A DNA stretch of 35,656 bases, taken from IMG/VR virus record IMGVR_UViG_3300036783_000146, positions 1-35,656 of that record; one strand, 5' to 3'. Of the stretch, positions 26,201 to 34,901 are shown in pieces. The position numbers were made by a program, and so were the translations under genes. Source of the DNA: a virus. Lineage: Duplodnaviria; Caudoviricetes. A model generated the notes under the pieces. That model was not told the DNA's origin, searched no databases, and saw nothing but the letters and a program-made list of their open reading frames with translations. How positions within the stretch are numbered: position 1 is the stretch's first letter; each line of letters begins with the position of its first letter.

Positions 26201-26944
26201 GCCACCAGTGCGACAGGATCGGCTGTCAGTACAGCGGCCAATACTGCTGTCAATACGGCAACCACCACCGCCGCAGATGCTACAGGGGCGACCACCTATG
26301 CCACGGCCATCACCACCGCCTCGACCGCTGGGGCCACAGCGATGGGGACGTCAATCACAACCGGCAGTGCCGCCTTAACCACCGGGTTTACCACCGCCTT
26401 TACCACGGGAGTGACAGCACTCACCACCGCCTTGACGGCGGCGTTCACTACGGGTGCGGCTACGTTGGCCTCGGCGATAGCGTCCGCCAGTGCAGCCGGG
26501 GGCGCGAGTTCAGGTCTCGGCGCTGCGGCCAGTGTGGCGGCGGCGACCGGTGGCCAGGTTATTGGGCCAGGCACCGGCACGTCAGACAGCATCACCGCCC
26601 GTCTCTCTAACGGTGAGTTTGTCATGCAAACGGCAGCAGTGAATCACTACGGTGCGGACTTTATGCACTCACTGAACCAGCGCAAGTTGGGCACGTTCGC
26701 CAGCGGTGGCTTGGTCTCCGATCCAGGGTTTACCCGTGCGCCAGACGTGAACCAATCGGTCAATCAAAGTGATGCTGGGCGGGATGCAGGAAATGCTACC
26801 GCGCCAACGCTGCAGCAGTATTTAGTCCTCGATCCTAATGACGTGCTGGATAAAGCCGTGAAAAGTGCGCCTGGCAACCGCGTGATGATGACCTGGGTCA
26901 AATCGAATACAGCCACCCTCAAACAGATGCTGGGGGTGAAGTAA
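23201..26944 (+). CDS. Tape measure protein
   Basis: 1247 aa, Ala-rich. Tape-measure N-terminal domain (QLSQGLASGTLRGEEFNSVAEQMP). C-terminal ATGGQVIGPGTGTSDSITARLSNGEFV. Confidence 0.95.
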   Translation: MASGNGNLELRLRIQADLKNAQNSLKQFEDALSGASQSGAKLAQSGHAASGGLDQVGRSADSANQKLNKTESNIDAVGSQLARLKTLAGAVTGLALGGGILSNLASTADEYTNLAARIRLVSTSNEQAGTSFKSVINLASATGQTISATAELYTRMARSLKGSASQTELLQVTSVINKAAVVSGATAQESSNAIIQLSQGLASGTLRGEEFNSVAEQMPRIMEMLEKSLGKTRGELRAMAEKGLLTTQVVFKALKDGASDVDQEFAQMPLTIARASTEMANAWVEFVGGTNDALGASKAIAAVISGLAGNLSTLTTAAIALAVVMGGRKVAAMVSATQATRSNRVETLQLAEAEYAEAKAAVAAAQAESARAKTSGITTPGARAKAEDALTASLVRQTAAEKALGVARASASTFGRLGTGLMGLLGGPMGLAITGVTLAVGGLSAAYASNKEHEAALVQQHQQTIQTLDDQRQKTESLIDAQGRLKGTVSTGDALTQQRTNTDVLTEDSKKLSDLQSQAATLKMQLDALESSPNESGLGIMRFAKRLEAVQKQIEELTPKFDNLTDAQGKLSDELDNRLTRAFDATQASGKTLRQVFTELQNAGPVDWANEIVPRLTASEQSFASLSAEADKLKPKLEKELADATYTAVQQLEQLRDKTIAAALAAGQAPADIDKLRESLEKLINLQKQTDQAKENKRQATAAASAAKSAAKASETYVQGLEKQAFAVGKTKAQVTAYELAEKGLTGALKARAEAAMAVIAAGEQKEKADANAIKNTQLQAQYLKATGDVLGGGLADVRANIAEMRKEFTKTGNTEGLAWLDKLLPVQEAKVRADALKKSLDDLQTYRSQKESSIQAQVQAGLISELQGRRQLVALHQEVGNKITGYLPQLRQMATLPGEAGEQMRELLASLETELITLKSTTDDLTAAFKDGLQDGMESTLNGIANGTLNLSDAVMNLAKSVVNAMAQVASRNLAGVAMEGLGSVTDSLKGLFGMGASAATSATGSAVSTAANTAVNTATTTAADATGATTYATAITTASTAGATAMGTSITTGSAALTTGFTTAFTTGVTALTTALTAAFTTGAATLASAIASASAAGGASSGLGAAASVAAATGGQVIGPGTGTSDSITARLSNGEFVMQTAAVNHYGADFMHSLNQRKLGTFASGGLVSDPGFTRAPDVNQSVNQSDAGRDAGNATAPTLQQYLVLDPNDVLDKAVKSAPGNRVMMTWVKSNTATLKQMLGVK

Positions 26945-28113
26945 TGGCCCGTTTACCGTGGCTGATGGAGCCGGATTGGACTGACGGAGTGACAGAAACC
27001 CTGTCATGGAAAACAGACGTATTGATCTCCCCAACCGGAGCCGAACAACGTATTGCACGCCGTCTATCCCCGCGCCGGGTGTACGAGTTTACCGTCCAGG
27101 CAGCAGAGGCTGACGCTCGCGCCTTGGAGACTCAATTGTTTCATGCTGGGGCGACAGAATGGGATTTGCCGGTATTTCCCGATGTGGCCGTGTTAGCCTC
27201 GCCTATCGCAGCAGGGAGCTACCAGGTCAACGTCCCCACGTTAGGTCGGGATTTTGTGGCAGGTGACAACCTGCTGCTTAAAGTGGGTTTTGGCATGATG
27301 GCCACGATGGCCACCGCGCAAATCCAGGCCATCAACAGTAACAGCGTAACGGTAACCGCACCACTATCAGCCTGGCCCCAGGGCACATTGGTTTACCCTC
27401 TGCGTCCCGCCGTTTTCACAGATACCCCGGCCATTACCCGGCACAGCGATAGCTTGAACCGTGTCCAGGTACGTTTTCGCCTGGCTGCGCATAACCCGTT
27501 CTCGCCTGAGGCAGGAAACGTTATCTATCGCGGCCATCCGGTACTGGAACAGGATGCGGACTGGATCGACGACCTGACCGCCGAATATCAGCGCCTGTTG
27601 CTGGAACTGGACAATGAAACCGGCATCCCATACCGCACCGACACGGCGGGCCGTGCTTTTGTGATGCAACAACATGTCTGGTCTCAAATTGGCCGCCAGG
27701 CACAGGCGAACCTCCGGGGACTGCTGTACGCGCTTCGGGGGCGACAGCGGGCTATCTGGGTATCGAGCCAGGCGCGTGACTTTGTGCCGGTTGGGGCCAG
27801 TGGTAACACGCTGGCTGTCGCCTTGGTGGGGTTTAGTGAGTTTGGCCTTGTGCCTGGACGTCGTGATCTGCGTCTGCAGTTAACGAATGGCACCCGACTG
27901 TATCGCCGCATTCTCACCGCAACGCTGCAAGGAAACTATGAGCTGCTGGCATTGGACGGCTCGGTGCCAGACGCCAGCACAATCAGCCAGGTTTCGCTGC
28001 TGACCTTATGCCGCCAAAACACCGATGACATTACCTGGGAACATGCCACGGATGCAGATGGCTTTGCTCAGATATCCACCACGTTTAGAGGGCTACGCGA
28101 TGAGCTGGAATGA
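26944..28113 (+). CDS. Tail tip/distal tail protein
   Basis: PDWTDGVTETLSWKTDV..S.TGAEQR..RR..PRR and LRGRQRAIWV. Directly follows the TMP. Confidence 0.75.
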   Translation: MARLPWLMEPDWTDGVTETLSWKTDVLISPTGAEQRIARRLSPRRVYEFTVQAAEADARALETQLFHAGATEWDLPVFPDVAVLASPIAAGSYQVNVPTLGRDFVAGDNLLLKVGFGMMATMATAQIQAINSNSVTVTAPLSAWPQGTLVYPLRPAVFTDTPAITRHSDSLNRVQVRFRLAAHNPFSPEAGNVIYRGHPVLEQDADWIDDLTAEYQRLLLELDNETGIPYRTDTAGRAFVMQQHVWSQIGRQAQANLRGLLYALRGRQRAIWVSSQARDFVPVGASGNTLAVALVGFSEFGLVPGRRDLRLQLTNGTRLYRRILTATLQGNYELLALDGSVPDASTISQVSLLTLCRQNTDDITWEHATDADGFAQISTTFRGLRDELE

Positions 28114-28912
28114 ATTCGAATACTCCACAGCCGATGGCCAGCCGGTCACGCTGTACGAATTTTCGCGGGATGATACCCAATTTTACCGCTACACCAACGC
28201 CGACCAGAATATTGATCTCGGTGGCCAGGTTTGGCTGCACCAGGCCATCAGTGACAGCGGGTTAAGTATCGGAGCCGGTGACAGTATGGATGTAACCCTG
28301 CCTGCGTCCAATCCGGTGGCCCTGTTGTTCCGGGGCATTCCCCCGTCCAGTCCAGTACGCATCCGTATTCACCGCTGGCATGTGGGGGACACTCAAGGTG
28401 ACTTCCGCACCGTGTGGGTCGGCACTGTTCGCGAGGTCAAACGTGAGGCGCTCGACCGTACCCGCCTGGTCACCGCCAGCCTGGCCAGTACCTTTACGCG
28501 CACCGGCCTACGGCTGACGTGGGGCCGCGCCTGCCCTTACTCTCTCTATGACCACAACTGCACGGTTTCCGCGCAACGCGTTGGCGTGGCTGCGGTGGTG
28601 ACGGCGTTGGACGGGGCCAGCATCACTGCCACGTACCCAGGCGAACTGCCTGCCGATTGGTTTTCAGGTGGTTATGTCGAGTGGGTGATTGATGGCGTGA
28701 CAGAACGGCGCGGCCTACGTGCGCAAGAGGGCTACAAAATCGGCCTGTTTGGTGGCTCCCAGGGTTTCAGCGTCGGCCAGGCTATCACGCTTTTCCCTGG
28801 CTGTGATCGCACTATTGCCACCTGTAATAACAAGTTTAACAACGTCCTTAACTACGGGGGCCAGCCGCATATGCCGGGTAAGTCCCCGTTTGAAATTATC
28901 AAACTGTTCTGA
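28100..28912 (+). CDS. Tail hub protein (DUF2163/BR0599, lambda gpL-like Cys motif)
   Basis: PVTLYEF, CPYSLYDHNC and PGCDRTIATC..KFNN..NYGG.P. Confidence 0.85.
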   Translation: MSWNEFEYSTADGQPVTLYEFSRDDTQFYRYTNADQNIDLGGQVWLHQAISDSGLSIGAGDSMDVTLPASNPVALLFRGIPPSSPVRIRIHRWHVGDTQGDFRTVWVGTVREVKREALDRTRLVTASLASTFTRTGLRLTWGRACPYSLYDHNCTVSAQRVGVAAVVTALDGASITATYPGELPADWFSGGYVEWVIDGVTERRGLRAQEGYKIGLFGGSQGFSVGQAITLFPGCDRTIATCNNKFNNVLNYGGQPHMPGKSPFEIIKLF

Positions 28913-28921
28913 GGTCATGCC

Positions 28922-29155
28922 ATGTGGTTAGTCATTGCAAAATACGTCGCCGTGATCGTCGCCTCTTACATCCTGAATGCGGCATTGGCTCCGAGGCAAA
29001 AGAGCAGCACGCCAGAGGCAGCAACAGAGGATGACTGGAACATGCCCCAGCCCACAGAGGGGACGCCACAGTGCATCTTTTTTGGCGACTGTTGGACAGA
29101 GGACTGGTTCATCCTTTCTTACGGTAACTACCGCTATGAAGCCATCAGGAAATAA
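28922..29155 (+). CDS. Small tail assembly protein
   Basis: N-terminal hydrophobic helix. PQPTEGTPQCIFFGDCW. Confidence 0.75.
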   Translation: MWLVIAKYVAVIVASYILNAALAPRQKSSTPEAATEDDWNMPQPTEGTPQCIFFGDCWTEDWFILSYGNYRYEAIRK

Positions 29156-29164
29156 GGGGCTTCT

Positions 29165-29374
29165 ATGTTGATCACAATGGAAGACATTCGCGCCGGTGGC
29201 GGTTGTGCGCCGGGTTTACGCGCTTTCTTTGCCCGGTATGGGCTGGATATCAAAGCCTTCATCCGTGACGGGGGTATTGATGCTGACGTGCTCGCTGCGA
29301 CAGGCGATGCGCTGGCCATTCAAATAGTGCGCCTGGCGCGAGCCAAGCAGAACGGAGGCACTGATGGGCGGTAA
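29165..29374 (+). CDS. Small tail assembly protein
   Basis: C..G.RAFFARYGLD...F.RDG.I....L.ATGDALA motif. Confidence 0.75.
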   Translation: MLITMEDIRAGGGCAPGLRAFFARYGLDIKAFIRDGGIDADVLAATGDALAIQIVRLARAKQNGGTDGR

Positions 29375-31661
29375 AGGGGGATCATCTAAAACAACTGTGG
29401 GGTATCGGTACTTCTGGGATATTCAGTCCGGGTTAGGCCGTGGCCCGGTCAATGAGATTGTGGCCATCAGCGCTGACAAGAAAACCGTCTTTGCGGGGAC
29501 ACCTGGCGAAGTGACCGGCAACACAACAATCACTATCGACAAGCCCGACCTGTTTGGCGGCGAGGACACCGGAGGCGAAGGCGGCATTCAAGGCAGTTTG
29601 GACATTATGATGGGTGGCCCTGATCAAGTACCTACACCTAAGTTGCTAACGTTGCTCACTGGGCTGGTGCCAGGCTTTCGCGGCCTGGTCACCACGTTTT
29701 TCAGCGGCCTGGTCAGTTGCTACAGCGCCTCACCTAAGCCCTGGTCATATCGCGTTCGCCGTACAACCAAAGGCTGGAACAACAACGCGCCATGGTATCC
29801 AGAGAAAGCCCTCATACTCCTGGAGAACGCCGAGGGGCAGCTCGACGACGAAGCGAAACTGACGCCTGAGCAAGTGGCCAACCTGCGGGCGATCCACGCC
29901 ATGAACCCTGCGCATATCCTTGTTCAGTGTGCCATAGACAAGGATTGGGGGCGTCAACTGACACTGGCAGACCTGGACATAGACAGCTATCGAGCGGCGG
30001 CTGATCAGCTGTATGCAGAGGGGTTTGGTTTGTGCTTTCGCTACAACCGCCAGGACGACTTAGACACGTTCATACAGCAAATCCTTGACCATATCGGTGC
30101 GGCGCAATATGGAAACCTGAGCACGGGCAAGTTAACGCTCAAGTTGTTACGCGACGATTATGACCCAGACGCCTTGCCAGTGTTCACTTACGACAACGGC
30201 ATTATTGGCGTGCAGGATGATGACAGCACCAGCGCCGATGCAGCCCCCAATGAAATGGTGGTCACCTTCCATGACCCGGTCACCAATAGTGACGGGGAGG
30301 TACGCGCTCAAAACCTGGGGGCGATCCAGTCTGTTGGGTTGATATCCAGCAACGTGGAATACAAAGCCATCCCCACCCATGCATTAGCCGCCAGGGTCGC
30401 CCAGCGTGACCTGGAGACCAGTGCCGCCGGACTCACTCGCCTGGTGATCGAATTCGACCGGCGCGGTGGCGTTCTGGCACCTGCCAGCGTCTTTCGTATC
30501 AGTCTCCCCGACCGCAACATTACCAATATGGTGCTACGCGTGGGGAAGATTGAGGAACAGGAATCGGGCGGCCTGAAGGTCACAGCGGTGCAGGATGTGT
30601 TCGGCTTGCCTGCCACGTCTTACAGCAGCGGTGACCAGGGTAGCGCCTGGACGCCACCAGACAAAACGGCCCGCCCTGTCACGGATAGCCAACTGATCGA
30701 GCTGCCTTACATTGTCCTGGCGGCCAACTTGACTGCTATGGAATTGGCAGCGGTTCCTGATGAAGCGGGTTACCTGGGCGTGATGGCGACAGCCCCCACC
30801 AGTACCACCATGAATTATCAAATACAGACCCGCTCTGATGGGGTTCATTGGCTTGGTACAAGTAATGGTGACTGGACACCAACCGTGATGTTAACCGAGG
30901 CGGTAGGACGTTTTAATAACGTCTTTAAAGCAGCATTAACGACGCTTCCCACCATCGGTACAGGAGCCATTATTGATAATGAATTAGTGCGGATTGACGG
31001 GGTGAACTTGGTCAACGGGACGCTCACTGTAGGGCGTGCCTGTGGGGATACATTGCCCGCCGAACATGCAGTCGGAGCGAGAGTAAGGTTTATCCAAAAC
31101 GCTATAGAGGGCGATAACCGAGAATATCTTGCAGGGGAAAGCATAGACGTAAGGTTAATTACGCGAACGTCACAACAGACGCTAAATCCTGCTCTGGCAC
31201 CTATCAAGCATTTAACGTTTTTAGCTCGCCAGGCAAGACCTTATTTACCCGGAAACATTCGTTTAAATGACGAACTCTATCCCCTCGTTGCCGAACCTGC
31301 AGCGGATTATATTTTAACCTGGTCACACCGTGACAGACAATTGCAAGCTGACCGGTTAATTGATTTTCTCGAAAGCAGCATTGGCCCAGAGTTGGGGGTG
31401 GATTATGTGATTACTCTCATGAATGCCTCTACCCAGCAAATTGTATGGACAGAGACCACCATAGAGGATGCGGTGATACTGCCTTATTCAACAGCGGATA
31501 GCCCCGATAATGTGAAACATACAGTCACAATTAATGCTGTAAGAGGCGATCTCGAATCACTGAATGAATGGGTTGTTACGTTACCGGCTGGCCATTATGT
31601 CCCTACTATCCCACCGGAGCCAGAGCTGTCACCGGCAGAGCCAGAAGGCGGTAGCGCATGA
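29364..31661 (+). CDS. Central tail tip / baseplate hub protein (gpJ-like)
   Basis: MGGKGG..TVGYRY, MNPAHIL, AADQLYAEGFGLC, LKLLRDDYD, VAQRDL, AVQDVFGLP. Confidence 0.85.
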   Translation: MGGKGGSSKTTVGYRYFWDIQSGLGRGPVNEIVAISADKKTVFAGTPGEVTGNTTITIDKPDLFGGEDTGGEGGIQGSLDIMMGGPDQVPTPKLLTLLTGLVPGFRGLVTTFFSGLVSCYSASPKPWSYRVRRTTKGWNNNAPWYPEKALILLENAEGQLDDEAKLTPEQVANLRAIHAMNPAHILVQCAIDKDWGRQLTLADLDIDSYRAAADQLYAEGFGLCFRYNRQDDLDTFIQQILDHIGAAQYGNLSTGKLTLKLLRDDYDPDALPVFTYDNGIIGVQDDDSTSADAAPNEMVVTFHDPVTNSDGEVRAQNLGAIQSVGLISSNVEYKAIPTHALAARVAQRDLETSAAGLTRLVIEFDRRGGVLAPASVFRISLPDRNITNMVLRVGKIEEQESGGLKVTAVQDVFGLPATSYSSGDQGSAWTPPDKTARPVTDSQLIELPYIVLAANLTAMELAAVPDEAGYLGVMATAPTSTTMNYQIQTRSDGVHWLGTSNGDWTPTVMLTEAVGRFNNVFKAALTTLPTIGTGAIIDNELVRIDGVNLVNGTLTVGRACGDTLPAEHAVGARVRFIQNAIEGDNREYLAGESIDVRLITRTSQQTLNPALAPIKHLTFLARQARPYLPGNIRLNDELYPLVAEPAADYILTWSHRDRQLQADRLIDFLESSIGPELGVDYVITLMNASTQQIVWTETTIEDAVILPYSTADSPDNVKHTVTINAVRGDLESLNEWVVTLPAGHYVPTIPPEPELSPAEPEGGSA

Positions 31662-32458
31662 GTCACTATTATTATGGACAAGGGAAAGTATTTCTGGCTC
31701 GTCGCAATGCGGCGGGCCAGCCTTTGTCCTGGCGTTGGGTAGGTGATGTATCCTCTCTGACGCTAGAGTTGGAGTTTGAAGATAAAAATACCAAGGCATC
31801 AGTGGGGGGGCAATTAGTCTCGACACAACGTTATATTACAGCCGTAGGTGGGAAAGTAACATCAACCTGGCATGAGTTGTTGGTAAGTAATCTCGAGCTG
31901 GTGCTAAATTCTGCGTCTGTAGTTGAACCATTTTCAATCCATGCAACACATCAATTGCCAGTAGATATCGTTGAAGGTGATGTTTTCTCGTTGCCCCATA
32001 CAACCGTTTTTAATGTGGATATTGCTGGACTGGAAAATAACATTGACTATAAAGTTGATCTACAGTGGGGAATGATTGAATTTATTACTACACCTGCTAA
32101 TACCGTTTATCAGGTTAGTTATGAACACCTTCAAAACCAAAGCCTGCCGCTATTTACGTCTCAACCAGTAGAGCTATCCCTCCGCTATCAGGGGGTGAAT
32201 ATGGCGGAGGGCAACACTCCCGTATTGGTTGAACTTTATAGACTGGTTTTAGACCCGCTCGCAACCTTTGAGTTGATTAATACTGGTGATAGTTTGGCTG
32301 AACTGGAAACTACAGCACAAATGCTGGCGGACTTTGCACAAAATAAATCTGCTGAGTTTGGCTATTTTGGTCGAGTTCAGTTAGTTAAGCGTCAGTCGGC
32401 GCTAACGTATAATGGCAAGGCCAAATATAATGGCCGCCATAAATTCAGGGGATTTTAA
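31658..32458 (+). CDS. Second, diverged paralogue of the tail tube protein
   Basis: YYYGQGKVFL...RWVGDVS...MIEFITTP...VSY.H...FT.QPVEL.LRY.G.NMAE...PV.VELY, collinear with 21773-22525. Has an extra C-terminal LTYNGKAKYNGRHKFRGF. Confidence 0.85.
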   Translation: MSHYYYGQGKVFLARRNAAGQPLSWRWVGDVSSLTLELEFEDKNTKASVGGQLVSTQRYITAVGGKVTSTWHELLVSNLELVLNSASVVEPFSIHATHQLPVDIVEGDVFSLPHTTVFNVDIAGLENNIDYKVDLQWGMIEFITTPANTVYQVSYEHLQNQSLPLFTSQPVELSLRYQGVNMAEGNTPVLVELYRLVLDPLATFELINTGDSLAELETTAQMLADFAQNKSAEFGYFGRVQLVKRQSALTYNGKAKYNGRHKFRGF

Positions 32459-32459
32459 G

Positions 32460-33926
32460 ATGGCAAAAATTAATGAAACACCAGAGTGGGTGCCGGAAAT
32501 TTATAGGTTAACCACTGAGGCTGATGTCTTAGGTTACAACGCTGAGGATAAATCGGATGGCCCTGCAAATGTCCAAGCGGAACAGCTAGCAAATAGAACG
32601 GCATATTTAAAAGAACAACTGGAAATTTATCAAGGGCTGTTTAATGCGCTTATTGCAGCATCTGTTGCTGAAGGATTAGCAAAAACGAAATCAGGTGAGT
32701 TTTTTGGGGTTCCCCAGGGCATGGAGTCTCCTATTTCGTTTATCTTTTATCTCAATGATAATGGTGTTGCAGTTCAAAAGGCTGCGCTTGTAGGGGCCGC
32801 TGAAGTAGAGGAAATCAGCCAGCGTTTTATTCGTAAAAATCGTTCAGGCTTTCTCAATGGGTTCGTTGGCCCAAATGACGAAGGGTTACTGGCGTTTAGT
32901 GATGCTGATGGCAGGCCATTCTTTTGGCATGGCGGTGATATCGTGGCGAGGATTGAAGCATTAGAGCGTGGTAGTGAACCAATCACACTTGGCTCAGATG
33001 CTTTTGGTGATAGCCATGTAGCAGGTACAGGCGGCACTCCTTTTATACAACAGTTAGCAACGATGATCGGTAATGGTTTTATTGCAAATAATTACGGTAT
33101 TGGCGGTCAAAAGAGTGGCCAGGTTGCGATGAGATTAGGTGCAAAGCTTATCAATTTATCTGTTGAAGGTGATGTAATCCCAATAAGTGGTCAGTCAGTC
33201 AGCATCACTCAAATTAATGGTGTTAGCTCAACAGCTTCTCCACCTTACCCATTTATGGATGTTCGCTTTTTAAGTACAAATTCAAACAATACTACCTATA
33301 TACTGGATGGTTTTATTAGTGGTATTAAATGCCGTGTAACACGGACTGCATCGGGGCCAAATTCCAGTGCAAAGATTGAAGTTTATACCCTTACAGCACT
33401 TGAAGGCTCAGGCGGTCGTTGTTTACCTGGCTCCTTGTTTATACCGGAGTACACTCTACAAAATAATACAGATCGTGAGTTGTGGCTCTGCGTAGGCATT
33501 AATGACTTTAGAGAAGGTGCTCAGTCATCATCAGACTATAATGATGACATTAACGCCGTTAAAGAGAATATAGATTTGATGGTTAATTTTGCCGAAAGAA
33601 CTCGCCGAAAAACGTTAATCTTTGGTTTGACAAATGGCAATTACGCTAATGAGTTCAAAGGCGGCATAAGATACCCTAAAATTCTTGAGCTTAATGCTTA
33701 CTTGTCTCAAAAGTATCCAGCCTCTTATATTCGTGGGGATAATTTATTAGATGTAAGGGAAGCTCTGGTTTCTTCATATGATAGTTCTAGCTCACAGGAT
33801 GTTATCGATTTTGATAGGGACATTATACCGTCCAGTTTACGCGCCGATAATCGACATCCCAATACAGCGGGCTACCACATTTATGCTGAGTTAGGTTTTC
33901 AATTTCGCAATAGGTTGGAGCGTTAA
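32460..33926 (+). CDS. Tail fibre/spike with SGNH (GDSL) hydrolase domain
   Basis: Fibre N-terminus (INETPEW.PEIYRL...DVLG...ANVQAEQLANRTAYLK). SGNH blocks FGDSH, YGIGGQ, VGIND and DNRHPN..GY. Confidence 0.8.
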   Translation: MAKINETPEWVPEIYRLTTEADVLGYNAEDKSDGPANVQAEQLANRTAYLKEQLEIYQGLFNALIAASVAEGLAKTKSGEFFGVPQGMESPISFIFYLNDNGVAVQKAALVGAAEVEEISQRFIRKNRSGFLNGFVGPNDEGLLAFSDADGRPFFWHGGDIVARIEALERGSEPITLGSDAFGDSHVAGTGGTPFIQQLATMIGNGFIANNYGIGGQKSGQVAMRLGAKLINLSVEGDVIPISGQSVSITQINGVSSTASPPYPFMDVRFLSTNSNNTTYILDGFISGIKCRVTRTASGPNSSAKIEVYTLTALEGSGGRCLPGSLFIPEYTLQNNTDRELWLCVGINDFREGAQSSSDYNDDINAVKENIDLMVNFAERTRRKTLIFGLTNGNYANEFKGGIRYPKILELNAYLSQKYPASYIRGDNLLDVREALVSSYDSSSSQDVIDFDRDIIPSSLRADNRHPNTAGYHIYAELGFQFRNRLER

Positions 33927-33929
33927 AAT

Positions 33930-34781
33930 ATGTCTATATCACATTTTATCAAAGGTGAGTCGGCTCCTGTCTCTGCGGGGGATACCGCATTTTATGTGGA
34001 GAATGACCCGGCTATTCGACGTCCTGCAACGTTGGGATTGCTGGATTTTAGCAATGAACTTTGTTATGCCGGAACTACACCCGCCCCAGCTTATACTCCG
34101 TTCCTTAACTTGGTTAAGGGGGGAACAGCCGCGACTAACGGCCCTGTACCTCGCGCTATTAATGGTGGGATGTTGTTTTTTAGTGATACAGCACCGAATA
34201 CCAGCGCCTATGTTTTGCTGCCTACGGCTGAATTTTCACTACCTCCTACATGTAAACGCGCACTCGCAAGCGTGGCTGTTGTATTACCTGCAGCGGGCTA
34301 TGGCACACTGCCTGCCAATCGATACCCGATGTTTTTTGGCCGCCTCAACAATACGGCAGCAGTTAATATAAATTTTGGCTTATGGGGGATCGTCAATACG
34401 TCAGGTACGCTGACATCAGTACAAGGTGCTGCATTGGGAAGTAACGCGTTATCAGCAACCGCAGCATTAAGTACACTCACTGATGGTGGCATACATGTTG
34501 TATCAATCTATTCTGATGGCGAATCAATGCCTGGCAAGCTGGTTTCATCAATTTACGTTGATAAAGTACTGGTAGCTCAAGCAACAAATGCGGCATGGGA
34601 TGGGGTTGTACCTCAACCTACGAATCTACCCAGGCTGGGGAGTTACCCTGCGACGATGCATAGTCCCTGGGGAGGAATGAAAGTAGGTCGGCCATTAATA
34701 TTTGATTTAACGGGTTCTGCACTAACCGCAGATTACGTTATTGCTCAGCAGGTGAGTAGCACAGCGGCTTTTCTTGGTTAA
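33930..34781 (+). CDS. Hypothetical beta-rich protein, likely spike partner (lectin/ConA-like by inference)
   Basis: Starts 3 nt after the spike. Beta-rich with HVVSIY...SIYVDKVLV pattern. Last phage gene. Confidence 0.65.
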   Translation: MSISHFIKGESAPVSAGDTAFYVENDPAIRRPATLGLLDFSNELCYAGTTPAPAYTPFLNLVKGGTAATNGPVPRAINGGMLFFSDTAPNTSAYVLLPTAEFSLPPTCKRALASVAVVLPAAGYGTLPANRYPMFFGRLNNTAAVNINFGLWGIVNTSGTLTSVQGAALGSNALSATAALSTLTDGGIHVVSIYSDGESMPGKLVSSIYVDKVLVAQATNAAWDGVVPQPTNLPRLGSYPATMHSPWGGMKVGRPLIFDLTGSALTADYVIAQQVSSTAAFLG

Positions 34782-34810
34782 GGCTTTACTTGGGATAACG
34801 TGTTGCAAAA

Positions 34811-34901
34811 TATTCCGGACTGTCTGAAATCGTGGTTCATTCACCTACTATTCAGTCCGGAACATTTCGCTATTCAGTCCGGAACATTTCGCCGCGCTAC
34901 A
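34811..34901. repeat. attR: transposase-binding sites R3 (inverted), R2, R1
   Basis: Perfect 22-bp tandem TATTCAGTCCGGAACATTTCGC at 34849-34870 and 34871-34892. Inverted TTCCGGACTG at 34813-34822. Terminal ACA at 34901. Confidence 0.85.

Larger units (their letters stand above)
780..34901. mobile_element. Complete Mu-like transposable prophage with a non-contractile (siphophage-type) tail
   Basis: Starts TGT at 780 and ends ACA at 34901. The two ends align in register (TGTGGGGTGGTGATCAATTCTGGACAG vs reverse complement TGTAGCGCGGCGAAATGTTCCGGACTG). Flanked by GTAT on both sides. Carries repressor/ner/MuA/MuB, lysis, head and tail modules. Confidence 0.95.

Noticed and set aside
21773-32458. 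Tail-tube duplication as a diversity-generating retroelement template/variable repeat or an invertible cassette
   Set aside because: The copies are diverged whole genes rather than adenine-specific variants. No reverse transcriptase, invertase or flanking inverted repeats were seen.
34849-34892. 22-bp direct repeat as mini-CRISPR or integrase att site
   Set aside because: No spacer. Position and match to the left-end motifs identify them as transposase-binding sites.
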